Source of the DNA: Escherichia coli | GTDB taxonomy: Bacteria > Pseudomonadota > Gammaproteobacteria > Enterobacterales > Enterobacteriaceae | DNA length: 64,000 bases | Assembly (NCBI RefSeq): GCF_044324875.1 | Contig: NZ_CP172185.1 | Strand: one strand, 5' to 3' | Shown here: positions 20,418 through 31,816 of the stretch, piece after piece | Layout of the letters: each line of letters opens with the position of its first letter | Position numbering within the stretch: the stretch's first letter is position 1 | The notes under the pieces: model-generated | Database searches by the model: none | Seen by the model: only the letters and a program-made list of their open reading frames with translations | Told to the model about the DNA's origin: nothing | Program-made: the position numbers and the translations under genes

Positions 20418-21275
20418 ATGTATACCCTGAACTGGCAGCCGCCGTATGACTGGTCGTGGATGTTGGGATTTCTCGCCGCCCGTGCGGTGAACGGTGTGGA
20501 AACGGTCGCTGACGATTATTATGCCCGTAGTCTGGCGGTGGGCGAATATCGCGGCGTGGTGACTGCTATTCCGGATATAGCCCGCCATACTCTGCACATA
20601 AATTTAAGTGCAGGTTTAGAACCAGTTGCCGCAGAGTGTCTGGCGAAAATGAGCCGCCTGTTTGATCTGCAATGTAACCCGCAGATTGTTAACGGTGCGT
20701 TGGGCAAGTTAGGCGCGGCGCGGCCCGGATTGCGTTTACCCGGCAGTGTTGATGCTTTTGAGCAGGGCGTGCGGGCGATTTTAGGCCAGCTGGTGAGCGT
20801 GGCGATGGCGGCAAAATTGACCGCCAGAGTGGCACAGCTTTATGGCGAACGGCTGGATGATTTTCCGGATTATGTCTGCTTCCCCACGCCTCAGCGGCTG
20901 GCAGCAGCCGACCCGCAGGCATTAAAAGCGTTAGGTATGCCGTTGAAACGGGCAGAGGCGCTGATTAATCTGGCAAATGCGGCGCTGGAGGGCACCTTAC
21001 CAATGACAATTCCGGGCGACGTAGAGCAAGCGATGAAAACGCTGCAAACTTTTCCGGGTATCGGGCGCTGGACGGCGAATTATTTCGCCTTACGTGGCTG
21101 GCAGGCGAAAGATGTTTTCCTGCCGGATGATTATCTGATTAAACAGCGATTTCCGGGAATGACACCGGCACAAATCCGCCGTTATGCCGAACGCTGGAAG
21201 CCCTGGCGTTCTTATGCGCTGTTGCATATCTGGTATACGGAAGGCTGGCAACCAGACGGAACGGACGAATTGTAG
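20418..21275 (+). CDS. alkA: 3-methyladenine DNA glycosylase II AlkA
   Basis: 285-aa ORF beginning MYTLNWQPPYDWSWMLGFLAARAV, with helix-hairpin-helix glycosylase fold. Matches recalled AlkA. Confidence 0.95.
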   Translation: MYTLNWQPPYDWSWMLGFLAARAVNGVETVADDYYARSLAVGEYRGVVTAIPDIARHTLHINLSAGLEPVAAECLAKMSRLFDLQCNPQIVNGALGKLGAARPGLRLPGSVDAFEQGVRAILGQLVSVAMAAKLTARVAQLYGERLDDFPDYVCFPTPQRLAAADPQALKALGMPLKRAEALINLANAALEGTLPMTIPGDVEQAMKTLQTFPGIGRWTANYFALRGWQAKDVFLPDDYLIKQRFPGMTPAQIRRYAERWKPWRSYALLHIWYTEGWQPDGTDEL

Positions 21276-21297
21276 GCCTGATACGCCGCATCAGGCG
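21273..21297. repeat. REP-like palindrome, probable bidirectional terminator between convergent alkA and dgcE
   Basis: gcctgatacgccgcatcaggc is an imperfect palindrome of the REP family, sitting between two convergent stop codons. Confidence 0.6.
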
Positions 21298-21312
21298 ATG
21301 GGGAAGCACGCC

Positions 21313-24300
21313 TCAGTTAATCGCGAAATAACTGCTATTCACCAGCAAATCCAGCGGTTGGGCATCGGCAAACACATCGCCATAAATCAGATCGACGCCG
21401 ATGCCAGAAAGCGTATCCATCACCAGGGGTAAAACTACTGGCCCGGCGATGGTCTTCATCCCGAGCCGCTGAGCGTGCCCCTGAATGATCGTAATCAGCA
21501 TCTCATCCATCAAATTTCCCTGCACATTGGCGCATAACTCACCATCAAGTAGCAGGTAATCTGCCATATTCGCTTTCAGCGAGTTGAAGATTTGCAGATC
21601 GCGGCCCACCTGACTGAATACGATCCGACATCCCGCCAGCCGCAGTTTTTGCACGCTTTCTGCGTGATCTAAAATCGCGTCTGCCGGAATAATCAGATGT
21701 AATAACCGTGGTGGTAGAGGGCTATTTTCCAGCTGCTCAATTAGTTCATTCACCAGCGTGGCGCTACTCAAACCGGCAACGGAAAGCGGGAGGGCGATGC
21801 TTATACCTTTACTGGCAACCGCTTTGGCGGCCTGCTGGAAAAAATCGTGGAATACCCGTCGGTCAAGAGCATGGCTAAGTGCCGGATCGCTGAAGCTACG
21901 ACGAAATGTTTGTTCATCAATAATCTCGCCTTCGCAACTCCAGAGCTTAAGTGAAATCAGCCACAAATTACGCGCTTGCGGGATCCGCGGCGAAGCGACA
22001 CCGTGGGCGATCATCATCAACTGATTCTCTTTAATCATCCGCCACTGTTCATCAAGCGATATCGCCGCCCGTTCGCTATGTGCGGCAGCTTGCTGCGGTT
22101 CGTAAATCGTCACCCGGCCCCGGCCACCATTTTTGGAGGCATAACAGGCGATATCAGCCTGCGACATCACTTCAGCCGCCTGATGATTGTTGTCATCAAT
22201 CAAGGTAATCCCGGCACTGGCACCTACCCGATGTACACGTCCTTCCCAGATAAAGTGATAGTCATTCACGGCGCTGATAATGCGTGTAGCGATAAAACGC
22301 GCACTTTCGACATTACAATCTGGCAGCAGCAGACCAAATTCATCGCCACCGAGTCGCGCCAGCACGTCGCTGGAGCGCAGCATACTCAGCATCAACGACG
22401 CCAGTTCGCGCAGCAAAGCGTCGCCAGCGGCGTGCCCGGCGCTGTCATTCACCGCTTTAAAGCGATCAAGATCGATAAACACCAGTGCATGTCGCTGATG
22501 TGTACTGTTTACCGTTTGCAGCAGGATACGCAGTTGCTTCTCAAAACTGGCGCGATTGGCGAGATGCGTCAGTGCATCATGGGAGGCGCTGTAGCTCAGC
22601 TGGCGCAGCATTTTGCGTGATTCGGTGACGTCCTGAATCACCAGAACCGAGCCTATATTGCTGCCGTCCAGAGTACTTAACGGCGTAATACTGTAATGCA
22701 CGTCGTAGCTGCCGCCGCTCCGGCAGTGCAACACCACATCTTGTTCAATCGCGGAACGTGAGGTGTCGGCACTGTAAATGTTCTCCATTAATGGTCCGTT
22801 GTCGCCAAAAGTAATATGCAACACCGTCAGGAGTGGAACACCTAACGCTTCTTCCTGCGTCCAGCCGCTCATCTTCTCCGCCACCGGATTCATAAAGGTA
22901 ATTTTCATTGCCATATCAATACAGACCACGGCTTCGCCGATGGAATCCAGCGTTATGTGCAGGCGCTCTTTTTCCTGAAACAATGCCTCGTTAAGATGTT
23001 TCACTTCGGTCATATCCATATTAATGCCGAGCAGGCGTTCGACTTCGCCTTCTTTATTCAGTACCCGGTTAGCGAGGGCGCGGATATGGCGGATGCCATC
23101 TTTCACGGCAATGCGAAATTCCAGCTTAAAGGGCGAGCGTGATTGCAACGAATCACGAATCACTTTTTCGGCATGCTGGCGATCTTCCGGCAGCACGCAC
23201 TCGTACCACACCTGCCAGTTCGGTTTGATATGCGGAGGAATTTCATACAGCTCGAACATCCGCTTATCCCAGCTAAAAATATTCGGCTTTAGCTCCCACT
23301 CCCAGATGCCAATCCCGCCCGCTTCGTTAGCCAGCGTGATGCGCTCCATCAGTTGCTGGTTCACCTGTTCGGTGCGTTTTAGCTCGTTAATGTCTTCAAT
23401 CTGAGCGATAAAATAGAGCGGCGTGCCATCGGTGTGGCGCACCAGTGAGACGGCAAGCAACGCCCAGACAACATCGCCATTGCGGTTGTAGTAGCGTTTT
23501 TCCATGGAATAGGTGTTTATTTCACCGCTGATCAGCTTTTCAACCTGTTGCAGATCTTTATTGAGATCCTCCGGCCAGGTCAGTTGCTGAAAGGTGAGTC
23601 CGCGCAGTTCTTCCTGACTGTAACCGAGAAACTGGCAGAGTGCTTTGTTGGATTGCAGCCATTGCCCTTCGGTGCCCACTAATGCCATGCCGATGGCGGA
23701 ATATTCCATGGCGTTACGAAAACGGGTTTCGCTTTCGGAAATGTGTTTGCGTTCCGCACGAAAGGCATACATCACCATGGTCATGATGTTGGCGGGCAGC
23801 AGGATCAGCAAAAACGGTAGCCACGGCATATGGCTCATCAGGTATGTACGCGGCGTAGCAAGCAGGGAGGGATCAGCGGCCATCATCAGTGACACCATCA
23901 TCACCGTGGTAAGGAAGATCAAAAAGGCTTCCATTCGTGGCAGGCGCACGGCGCTCCACATCAACAGCACAATAATGAAAGTAAAAGGCCACGGCAGATA
24001 CAGCATCGAAAGCCAGCTTAACGTCAGTGTGATGGCTAACGTGAGCAGCGACTCAAAAAGCAACCGTGGGTTGCGATGGCGCAGCAGATAGTGTGGTTTA
24101 AATAACAATCCCAGCGGCACCAGTGCCAGTGCGCCGATGGATTCTGACAGTACCCATATCAAAAATGCCCTGAGAGGATCGTCTCCGGGCGTCAGCAGGA
24201 TAACCAGAACACCCCCCAACAGAGGCGGAACAATGGCGCTGCCGAGTGCCAGACGCAGCCAGTCAGCCAGATTTTGCAATGGGTTATACCACGGCAGCAA

Positions 24301-24630
24301 TTTACGCAGTAGCACTGCCCCGACCACGGCTTCAACAATATTGATGGTCGTCCAGGTCATGTTCAGCGAGCTGGTGGAAAAAAGCAGGATGGATGCGGCG
24401 ATATTTCCCAGCGAGCAGCTCAGCGCAATTCCCGGCCACATGCGCCCGGCATGGCGATAAAACGCCACCATCATGATGGACGTCGGGAACCACAATGGGG
24501 CGAGTTGGGTGCCAAACTGCGAAAGCTCAAGCGAGAAAAGGGTAAAGATAAACGAGACTAAACCTAAACTGACCAGGTGAAGCAGCGGGTGGGGCAGGGC
24601 AATTAATACATGCTGTGATTGTTTGCTCAT
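21313..24630 (-). CDS. dgcE: diguanylate cyclase DgcE (YegE): MASE1 membrane domain, PAS domains, GGDEF and degenerate EAL
   Basis: 1105-aa ORF with N-terminal polytopic region, PAS-like segments, GGDEF motif (RLGGDEFGLLL) and a C-terminal EAL-like domain. Confidence 0.92.
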   Translation of the reverse strand: MSKQSQHVLIALPHPLLHLVSLGLVSFIFTLFSLELSQFGTQLAPLWFPTSIMMVAFYRHAGRMWPGIALSCSLGNIAASILLFSTSSLNMTWTTINIVEAVVGAVLLRKLLPWYNPLQNLADWLRLALGSAIVPPLLGGVLVILLTPGDDPLRAFLIWVLSESIGALALVPLGLLFKPHYLLRHRNPRLLFESLLTLAITLTLSWLSMLYLPWPFTFIIVLLMWSAVRLPRMEAFLIFLTTVMMVSLMMAADPSLLATPRTYLMSHMPWLPFLLILLPANIMTMVMYAFRAERKHISESETRFRNAMEYSAIGMALVGTEGQWLQSNKALCQFLGYSQEELRGLTFQQLTWPEDLNKDLQQVEKLISGEINTYSMEKRYYNRNGDVVWALLAVSLVRHTDGTPLYFIAQIEDINELKRTEQVNQQLMERITLANEAGGIGIWEWELKPNIFSWDKRMFELYEIPPHIKPNWQVWYECVLPEDRQHAEKVIRDSLQSRSPFKLEFRIAVKDGIRHIRALANRVLNKEGEVERLLGINMDMTEVKHLNEALFQEKERLHITLDSIGEAVVCIDMAMKITFMNPVAEKMSGWTQEEALGVPLLTVLHITFGDNGPLMENIYSADTSRSAIEQDVVLHCRSGGSYDVHYSITPLSTLDGSNIGSVLVIQDVTESRKMLRQLSYSASHDALTHLANRASFEKQLRILLQTVNSTHQRHALVFIDLDRFKAVNDSAGHAAGDALLRELASLMLSMLRSSDVLARLGGDEFGLLLPDCNVESARFIATRIISAVNDYHFIWEGRVHRVGASAGITLIDDNNHQAAEVMSQADIACYASKNGGRGRVTIYEPQQAAAHSERAAISLDEQWRMIKENQLMMIAHGVASPRIPQARNLWLISLKLWSCEGEIIDEQTFRRSFSDPALSHALDRRVFHDFFQQAAKAVASKGISIALPLSVAGLSSATLVNELIEQLENSPLPPRLLHLIIPADAILDHAESVQKLRLAGCRIVFSQVGRDLQIFNSLKANMADYLLLDGELCANVQGNLMDEMLITIIQGHAQRLGMKTIAGPVVLPLVMDTLSGIGVDLIYGDVFADAQPLDLLVNSSYFAIN

Positions 24631-24947
24631 TACCGCTTTATCCGCAAGACCAGGTCGCCAGTATTCGTTTCTGTGTTTATGCTAGTACAAAAGTTTTACA
24701 TTTTATATGCGAATTGCTCATAAAGTGACGTAAAGGCGGATAATTTGCGCAACTTCGTATAACAATTTTTACCTTGCATTAAAACTGAACAACGTAATTT
24801 GCCACCGGGAATTATTCGTCAACAATTACTCTGAGCGCGCGGCAACGCTATTCGACTGGTATCAGGCGGATGAAATCCCTATAATTGCCGCGTTTGGCGC
24901 TTCGTCGCCCCCTTCCTAACATCCAGGTTAATCAGGTCGCTAAATAT

Positions 24948-25589
24948 ATGACTGATCAGTCTCATCAGTGCGTCATTATCGGTATCGCTGGCGCATCGGC
25001 TTCCGGCAAGAGTCTTATTGCCAGTACCCTTTATCGTGAATTACGTGAGCAAGTCGGTGATGAACACATCGGCGTAATTCCCGAAGACTGCTATTACAAA
25101 GATCAAAGCCATCTGTCGATGGAAGAACGCGTTAAGACCAACTACGACCATCCCAGCGCGATGGATCACAGCCTGTTGCTTGAGCATTTACAAGCGTTGA
25201 AACGCGGCTCGGCAATTGACCTGCCGGTTTACAGCTATGTTGAACATACGCGTATGAAAGAAACGGTGACGGTTGAGCCGAAGAAAGTCATCATTCTCGA
25301 AGGCATTTTGCTGCTAACGGATGCGCGTTTGCGTGACGAACTTAACTTCTCAATTTTCGTTGATACCCCGCTGGATATCTGCCTGATGCGCCGCATCAAG
25401 CGTGACGTTAACGAGCGTGGGCGTTCAATGGATTCAGTGATGGCGCAATATCAAAAAACCGTGCGTCCGATGTTCCTGCAATTCATTGAGCCTTCTAAAC
25501 AATATGCGGACATTATCGTGCCGCGCGGCGGGAAAAACCGCATCGCCATCGATATATTGAAAGCGAAAATAAGTCAGTTCTTTGAATAA
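24948..25589 (+). CDS. udk: uridine/cytidine kinase Udk
   Basis: Internal ATG at 24948 gives [25 protein letters not shown] (213 aa) with a P-loop. The upstream extension in the ORF track was rejected. Confidence 0.93.
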
Positions 25590-25680
25590 GCTTGATAAAT
25601 TGTGTACCGTTCAGTGATAACCTGGTATGCCCTTGACGTAATTGGCGTTAAGGGAGTGATGCACGAAAGGAGAAAATGCC

Positions 25681-26262
25681 ATGCGTCTGTGTGACCGAGA
25701 TATTGAAGCCTGGCTTGATGAAGGCCGTTTGTCGATCAACCCACGTCCGCCAGTGGAGCGTATTAATGGCGCGACGGTGGATGTGCGCCTGGGCAATAAA
25801 TTTCGTACCTTCCGTGGTCACACGGCAGCGTTTATCGATCTGAGCGGTCCCAAAGATGAAGTGAGCGCCGCGCTTGACCGCGTGATGAGCGATGAGATCG
25901 TACTCGATGAAAGCGAGGCGTTTTATCTTCACCCAGGAGAGCTGGCGCTGGCGGTGACGCTGGAGTCGGTGACGCTGCCAGCCGATCTGGTGGGATGGCT
26001 GGACGGTCGTTCCTCACTGGCGCGTCTGGGGCTTATGGTGCACGTCACCGCGCACCGTATCGATCCGGGCTGGTCTGGCTGTATTGTGCTGGAGTTCTAC
26101 AACTCCGGTAAGCTGCCGCTGGCGCTGCGTCCGGGCATGTTAATTGGTGCGCTGAGCTTTGAGCCGCTTTCCGGCCCGGCGGCGCGACCTTACAACCGCC
26201 GTGAAGATGCGAAATATCGCAACCAGCAGGGCGCGGTAGCCAGCCGAATCGATAAAGACTAA
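25681..26262 (+). CDS. dcd: dCTP deaminase Dcd
   Basis: 193-aa ORF beginning [17 protein letters not shown], a dUTPase-fold deaminase. Confidence 0.95.
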   Translation: MRLCDRDIEAWLDEGRLSINPRPPVERINGATVDVRLGNKFRTFRGHTAAFIDLSGPKDEVSAALDRVMSDEIVLDESEAFYLHPGELALAVTLESVTLPADLVGWLDGRSSLARLGLMVHVTAHRIDPGWSGCIVLEFYNSGKLPLALRPGMLIGALSFEPLSGPAARPYNRREDAKYRNQQGAVASRIDKD

Positions 26263-26283
26263 TTCAGGCCCATTGAGGATACC

Positions 26284-28137
26284 ATGAGACGATTTCTGAC
26301 GACGCTGATGATACTCCTGGTCGTGCTGGTGGCCGGGTTATCTGCGTTAGTGTTGCTGGTGAATCCGAATGATTTCCGCGACTATATGGTCAAGCAAGTT
26401 GCTGCACGTAGCGGTTATCAATTGCAGCTCGACGGGCCACTGCGTTGGCACGTCTGGCCGCAACTTAGTATCCTCTCCGGGCGAATGTCTCTCACTGCCC
26501 AGGGCGCGAGCCAGCCACTGGTTCGCGCAGACAACATGCGTCTGGACGTGGCGCTTTTACCACTGCTGAGTCATCAACTGAGCGTTAAGCAGGTGATGCT
26601 AAAAGGGGCAGTGATTCAACTGACGCCGCAGACGGAAGCGGTGCGCAGTGAAGACGCTCCGGTTGCACCGCGCGACAATACCTTGCCGGATCTGTCAGAC
26701 GATCGCGGATGGTCGTTTGATATATCCAGTCTTAAGGTGGCGGACAGCGTGCTGGTGTTCCAGCATGAAGATGACGAGCAGGTGACAATCCGCAATATTC
26801 GCCTGCAAATGGAACAAGATCCCCAACATCGTGGTTCATTTGAGTTCTCCGGGCGGGTTAATCGCGATCAGCGCGATCTCACGATATCCCTTAACGGTAC
26901 GGTAGATGCTTCTGATTATCCGCATGATTTAACGGCGGCTATTGAACAAGTTAACTGGCAGTTGCAGGGTGCAGATTTACCAAAACAAGGTATTCAGGGG
27001 CAGGGGAGTTTCCAGGCCCAGTGGCAGGAGTCACATAAACGCCTTTCATTTAACCAAATTAGTTTGACCGCCAATGACAGTACGCTGAGCGGGCAAGCAC
27101 AGGTCACACTGACAGAGAAACCGGAATGGCAGCTGAGACTGCAATTTCCGCAACTGAATCTTGACAACCTCATCCCGCTTAATGAAACAGCGAACGGTGA
27201 AAACGGTGCCGCGCAGCAGGGGCAGAGCCAATCAACGTTGCCGCGCCCGGTCATTTCTTCGCGTATTGATGAACCGGCCTATCAGGGACTGCAAGGCTTT
27301 ACGGCTGATATTTTGTTGCAGGCCAGTAACGTGCGCTGGCGCGGAATGAATTTTACAGATGTTGCCACGCAAATGACCAACAAGTCGGGTTTGCTGGAAA
27401 TTACTCAACTGCAGGGCAAACTTAACGGTGGACAGGTTTCACTGCCGGGCACGCTGGACGCGACATCAATAAATCCGCGGATAAACTTCCAGCCACGGCT
27501 GGAAAACGTTGAGATTGGTACCATTCTGAAGGCGTTTAACTATCCGATTTCGTTGACCGGAAAGATGTCACTGGCTGGTGATTTCTCCGGTGCTGACATA
27601 GATGCCGACGCATTCCGCCATAACTGGCAAGGACAGGCACATGTCGAAATGACCGACACGCGCATGGAAGGGATGAACTTCCAGCAGATGATTCAGCAAG
27701 CGGTAGAACGTAATGGTGGTGATGTGAAGGCCGCTGAAAACTTCGATAACGTAACGCGTCTTGACCGCTTTACCACCGATTTGACGTTGAAGGATGGCGT
27801 CGTGACGTTAAACGACATGCAAGGTCAATCGCCCATGCTGGCGCTTTCCGGGGCTGGTACGTTGAATCTGGCGGAGCAAACCTGTGACACCCAGTTTGAT
27901 ATTCGGGTCGTGGGGGGCTGGAACGGGGAAAGCAAACTGATTGATTTCCTCAAAGAAACGCCAGTACCGCTGCGGGTTTATGGCAACTGGCAGCAACTCA
28001 ATTACAGTCTGCAAGTGGATCAGTTACTGCGCAAACATCTACAGGACGAAGCGAAACGTCGCCTGAATGACTGGGCCGAGCGGAATAAAGATTCCCGCAA
28101 TGGCAAAGATGTGAAGAAGTTGCTGGAGAAGATGTAG
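26284..28137 (+). CDS. asmA: outer-membrane assembly/lipid transport protein AsmA
   Basis: 617-aa ORF with N-terminal membrane anchor MRRFLTTLMILLVVLVAGLSALVLL and a long periplasmic AsmA-like domain. Confidence 0.93.
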   Translation: MRRFLTTLMILLVVLVAGLSALVLLVNPNDFRDYMVKQVAARSGYQLQLDGPLRWHVWPQLSILSGRMSLTAQGASQPLVRADNMRLDVALLPLLSHQLSVKQVMLKGAVIQLTPQTEAVRSEDAPVAPRDNTLPDLSDDRGWSFDISSLKVADSVLVFQHEDDEQVTIRNIRLQMEQDPQHRGSFEFSGRVNRDQRDLTISLNGTVDASDYPHDLTAAIEQVNWQLQGADLPKQGIQGQGSFQAQWQESHKRLSFNQISLTANDSTLSGQAQVTLTEKPEWQLRLQFPQLNLDNLIPLNETANGENGAAQQGQSQSTLPRPVISSRIDEPAYQGLQGFTADILLQASNVRWRGMNFTDVATQMTNKSGLLEITQLQGKLNGGQVSLPGTLDATSINPRINFQPRLENVEIGTILKAFNYPISLTGKMSLAGDFSGADIDADAFRHNWQGQAHVEMTDTRMEGMNFQQMIQQAVERNGGDVKAAENFDNVTRLDRFTTDLTLKDGVVTLNDMQGQSPMLALSGAGTLNLAEQTCDTQFDIRVVGGWNGESKLIDFLKETPVPLRVYGNWQQLNYSLQVDQLLRKHLQDEAKRRLNDWAERNKDSRNGKDVKKLLEKM

Positions 28138-28157
28138 GTTACCAGGTGACCTGTCCT

Positions 28158-28194
28158 GTAGGCCTGATAAGACGCGTAAAGCGTCGCATCAGGC
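28158..28194. repeat. REP element downstream of asmA
   Basis: gtaggcctgataagacgcg...gcgtcgcatcaggc palindromic REP consensus. Confidence 0.7.
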
Positions 28195-28429
28195 GTTCGT
28201 GGCGGCACCATTATATTCTGAATATGTAAGATCGAAGGCTGTTCCGTTCACTTGATGTTCCTCGCTACTATGGAACGCTCAAGCCGGTGAACGTGCCAGG
28301 GTGGCTCAATCTCCACCACCCTGGCAACCCGGACCCACACCCCCGCTGTGATGTCCGTTTACCACAGACAATGCTTCATTGCTGAAGTTATAAGGCGTTA
28401 CGCAGCATTGGGTAAAATGGCCGATACCA

Positions 28430-30013
28430 TCACACCTCGTACTCCATCTCGCTATCCTTACGCAGCGGTATAATCTGCACCTTCTGCACGCGATGGCTTT
28501 CCACCTGCAACGTTTTAAGCAAATAATCCCCCACCTGAACTTCTTCGCCAGGTTTTGGAATACGCTGCAAATATTCCATCAGCAGCCCGGCAATGGTGTG
28601 ATATTCGCGTTTCTCATCCAGCGGTAGCGGCACATATTGCACCAGATCTTCCAGTGGCATATGACCATTCGCCGTCCAGGAACCGTCGGCGTTTTTCTGA
28701 ATATCATGGCGGGCGTCGATCTCTTCCACTTCGTTCGGCAAGTTACCGGCAATAGTTTCCGTGACGTCACTTAATGTCACAATCCCTTCCACCGAGCCAA
28801 ACTCATCCACTACAAAAGCAAAGTGCGTGCGGGCATTACGGAACTGCTCCAGGGCAGGTAACAACGGCAAGGTTTCCGGGAACACCAGCGGCTGGCGAAT
28901 CAACACCCGCAGGTTGAGCGGTTCGCCGCGCAGAGACTGTTGTAGCAGGTCGATAACGTGAACAACACCGAGCAAATCTTCTGCGTCATCACCGTCGGTA
29001 ACCACCAACCGCGTATGCTGATTTCGCTCCAGCAACTGGCGGATTTCTTCTTCCGGCGCGTTGAGATCGATATGCTCAATATCGTGGCGCGACGTCATAA
29101 TGCTGCTGACGGTACGCTGGTTAAGATTAAGTACCCGCTCAATCATCCGCCGTTCCTGCGGATTAAAGATCTGCTGGTTACCATGATCCACCAGCATGGA
29201 CGCGGTTTCGGCGTCCAGTTCCGCATCTTCTTTTTGCCCGCTAAGCAGGCGCATTACCGCTTCGGTAGTCCGCTGGCGCAGCGTCTGGTTAGCGGAAAGA
29301 AAACGTCGCCGGTTAAAGATAGCCAACTGATTGAGCGCCTCGATCATCACCGAGAAACCAATAGCAGCGTACAGGTAGCCTTTCGGAATGACGAAGCCGA
29401 AACCTTCTGCCACCAGGCTAAAGCCAATCATCAACAGGAAGCTTAAGCAGAGAATAACGATCGTCGGGTGACTGTTAACAAATTGCGTTAACGGCTTGCT
29501 GGCCATCAACATCAGGCTAATAGCGATAACGACGGCGGCCATCATGACCAGTAAATGGTCGACCATCCCGACGGCGGTAATCACCGAGTCGAGTGAGAAG
29601 ATGGCGTCCAGTACCACAATTTGTGTCACCACCCCCCAGAACTTCGCACCTTTGCGTTGCGTGGGGTTATTGCTGTCTTTCCCTTCCAGCCGTTCGTTCA
29701 GCTCCATCGTGGCTTTGAACAGCAGGAAGAAACCACCAAACAGCATGATTAAGTCGCGGGCGCTAAAGGTAAACGAGCGAAAGCTGAATAGCGGTTGTGT
29801 CAGGGTGACCAGCCAGGAGATTGACGCCAGCAGTAACAGGCGCATTAACATCGCCAGCAGCAGCCCGGTAACCCGTGCGCGGTCGCGCTGCTTCGGCGGT
29901 AGTTTTTCGGCGAGGATGGCAATAAAGACCAGGTTATCAATGCCGAGGACCAGTTCGATCACAATCAGCGTGATTAACCCGGCCCAGATAGACGGATCGG
30001 CAATCCATTCCAT
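28430..30013 (-). CDS. yegH: TerC-family membrane domain fused to CBS/CorC domains, YegH (UPF0053)
   Basis: ATG at 30013 gives [34 protein letters not shown] (527 aa), matching recalled YegH. The ORF-track N-terminal extension was rejected. Confidence 0.88.
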   Translation of the reverse strand: MEWIADPSIWAGLITLIVIELVLGIDNLVFIAILAEKLPPKQRDRARVTGLLLAMLMRLLLLASISWLVTLTQPLFSFRSFTFSARDLIMLFGGFFLLFKATMELNERLEGKDSNNPTQRKGAKFWGVVTQIVVLDAIFSLDSVITAVGMVDHLLVMMAAVVIAISLMLMASKPLTQFVNSHPTIVILCLSFLLMIGFSLVAEGFGFVIPKGYLYAAIGFSVMIEALNQLAIFNRRRFLSANQTLRQRTTEAVMRLLSGQKEDAELDAETASMLVDHGNQQIFNPQERRMIERVLNLNQRTVSSIMTSRHDIEHIDLNAPEEEIRQLLERNQHTRLVVTDGDDAEDLLGVVHVIDLLQQSLRGEPLNLRVLIRQPLVFPETLPLLPALEQFRNARTHFAFVVDEFGSVEGIVTLSDVTETIAGNLPNEVEEIDARHDIQKNADGSWTANGHMPLEDLVQYVPLPLDEKREYHTIAGLLMEYLQRIPKPGEEVQVGDYLLKTLQVESHRVQKVQIIPLRKDSEMEYEV

Positions 30014-30454
30014 AGTAAGTACAAAACCTATTCGTTGTATGACAAATGTCACAATTCGATCATGGATAAATCGGGGCAAAAATGCAATGTTGCAGCACTA
30101 TTTATCTCATATTATTTGAGGGTAATAACCTCACATTATCCCTGAATTAAAAGTGGTAATAATAAAATATTATTTAAGAAATATCGCATGTGGAGACGCA
30201 ATATTAAATATTGTCAACCTAAAGAAACTCCTAAAAACCATATTGAATGACACTTAATATAATTCTTAAAAATAGCCAATTGCCGAATTGTTACCTTGCC
30301 TGCTATTCCGTTAGCTGTAACACTTCCTCCTGCATTATTGGAGAGCCAATATTCAATTACCATAATGTCACCTTATATTCGGAAGTTAATTTCCGTAATA
30401 ACCCTTTCTCATCAACGACTGCATGCTGAGAGGGTGTGAAAAATTAAACTAAAT

Positions 30455-30493
30455 CAGTGTATTGGTAGCTAAAAAGCCAGGGGCGGTAGCGTG
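30455..30493 (+). promoter_or_regulatory. JUMPstart element with ops site (RfaH-dependent antitermination) in the colanic acid operon leader
   Basis: cagtgtattggtagctaaaaagccaggggcggtagcgtg contains the ops core GGCGGTAGCGTG (30482..30493), about 180 bp upstream of wza. Confidence 0.8.
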
Positions 30494-30671
30494 TCTGGAT
30501 GCCTGAAAGACCAGTCTGAATTATTCTGTCAATAGCCTGCGGATGAAATCAATTTTTTTAGGACTGATGCCAGTTAAATTTTTATTCAATTAACTGCAAG
30601 GTAAATGTGCATGGCGACATTGCTATTAATAGTGCACAGGATAATTACTCTGCCAAAGTGATAAATAAACA

Positions 30672-31811
30672 ATGATGAAATCCAAAATGAAATTGATGCC
30701 ATTATTGGTGTCAGTAACCTTGATAAGCGGTTGCACAGTACTTCCGGGCAGCAATATGTCGACGATGGGTAAAGACGTCATCAAACAGCAGGACGCTGAT
30801 TTCGATCTCGACAAAATGGTGAATGTTTATCCGTTGACCCCGCGCCTGATTGATCAATTACGTCCACGACCCAATGTAGCGCGCCCCAATATGACGCTGG
30901 AAAGTGAGATCGCGAATTACCAGTATCGCGTCGGGCCGGGGGACGTTCTTAATGTCACCGTCTGGGATCACCCGGAACTCACCACGCCAGCCGGTCAGTA
31001 CCGCAGCTCCAGCGACACCGGCAACTGGGTACAGCCTGACGGCACTATGTTTTATCCGTATATCGGCAAAGTTCACGTGGTGGGGAAAACGCTCGCTGAA
31101 ATCCGCAGTGATATTACCGGGCGCTTAGCGACGTACATCGCTGACCCGCAGGTGGACGTTAATATCGCCGCCTTCCGCTCGCAAAAAGCCTATATCTCCG
31201 GCCAGGTGAATAAATCCGGCCAACAGGCGATCACCAACGTGCCACTGACCATTCTCGACGCCATCAACGCCGCAGGTGGCCTGACCGACACCGCTGACTG
31301 GCGCAACGTGGTGTTAACACACAATGGTCGTGAAGAACGCATTTCATTGCAGGCGCTGATGCAAAACGGCGACCTCAATCAGAATCGACTGCTTTATCCT
31401 GGCGATATTCTCTACGTGCCGCGTAATGATGATCTGAAAGTGTTTGTGATGGGTGAAGTGAAGAAACAGAGCACCCTGAAAATGGACTTTAGCGGCATGA
31501 CCCTGACTGAAGCCCTTGGTAATGCTGAAGGCATCGACATGACCACCTCCAACGCCAGCGGCATCTTTGTCATTCGTCCGCTGAAAGGCGAGGGTGGGCG
31601 TAACGGCAAGATTGCCAATATCTACCAGCTGGATATGTCCGATGCCACGTCGCTGGTGATGGCGACAGAATTCCGCCTGCAACCTTATGACGTGGTGTAT
31701 GTCACCACCGCACCGGTTTCCCGCTGGAACCGTCTGATCAATCAGTTGCTGCCAACTATTAGCGGTGTCCGTTACATGACGGATACAGCCAGCGACATTC
31801 ATAACTGGTAA
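30672..31811 (+). CDS. wza: outer-membrane polysaccharide export lipoprotein Wza
   Basis: 379-aa ORF with lipoprotein signal [21 protein letters not shown] and polysaccharide export domain. Matches recalled Wza. Confidence 0.95.
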   Translation: MMKSKMKLMPLLVSVTLISGCTVLPGSNMSTMGKDVIKQQDADFDLDKMVNVYPLTPRLIDQLRPRPNVARPNMTLESEIANYQYRVGPGDVLNVTVWDHPELTTPAGQYRSSSDTGNWVQPDGTMFYPYIGKVHVVGKTLAEIRSDITGRLATYIADPQVDVNIAAFRSQKAYISGQVNKSGQQAITNVPLTILDAINAAGGLTDTADWRNVVLTHNGREERISLQALMQNGDLNQNRLLYPGDILYVPRNDDLKVFVMGEVKKQSTLKMDFSGMTLTEALGNAEGIDMTTSNASGIFVIRPLKGEGGRNGKIANIYQLDMSDATSLVMATEFRLQPYDVVYVTTAPVSRWNRLINQLLPTISGVRYMTDTASDIHNW

Positions 31812-31816
31812 TCGTC

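Noticed and set aside
30171-30260. Candidate RcsAB box in the wza upstream region (taagaaatatcgca / taatataattctta)
   Set aside because: Only about 10 of 14 positions match the consensus as I recall it. I cannot distinguish a real site from AT-rich background without a position weight matrix.
30247-30429. 60-aa ORF in the cps leader upstream of wza
   Set aside because: Low-complexity translation with no RBS, and it lies in a known long untranslated leader containing the JUMPstart element. Most likely non-coding.
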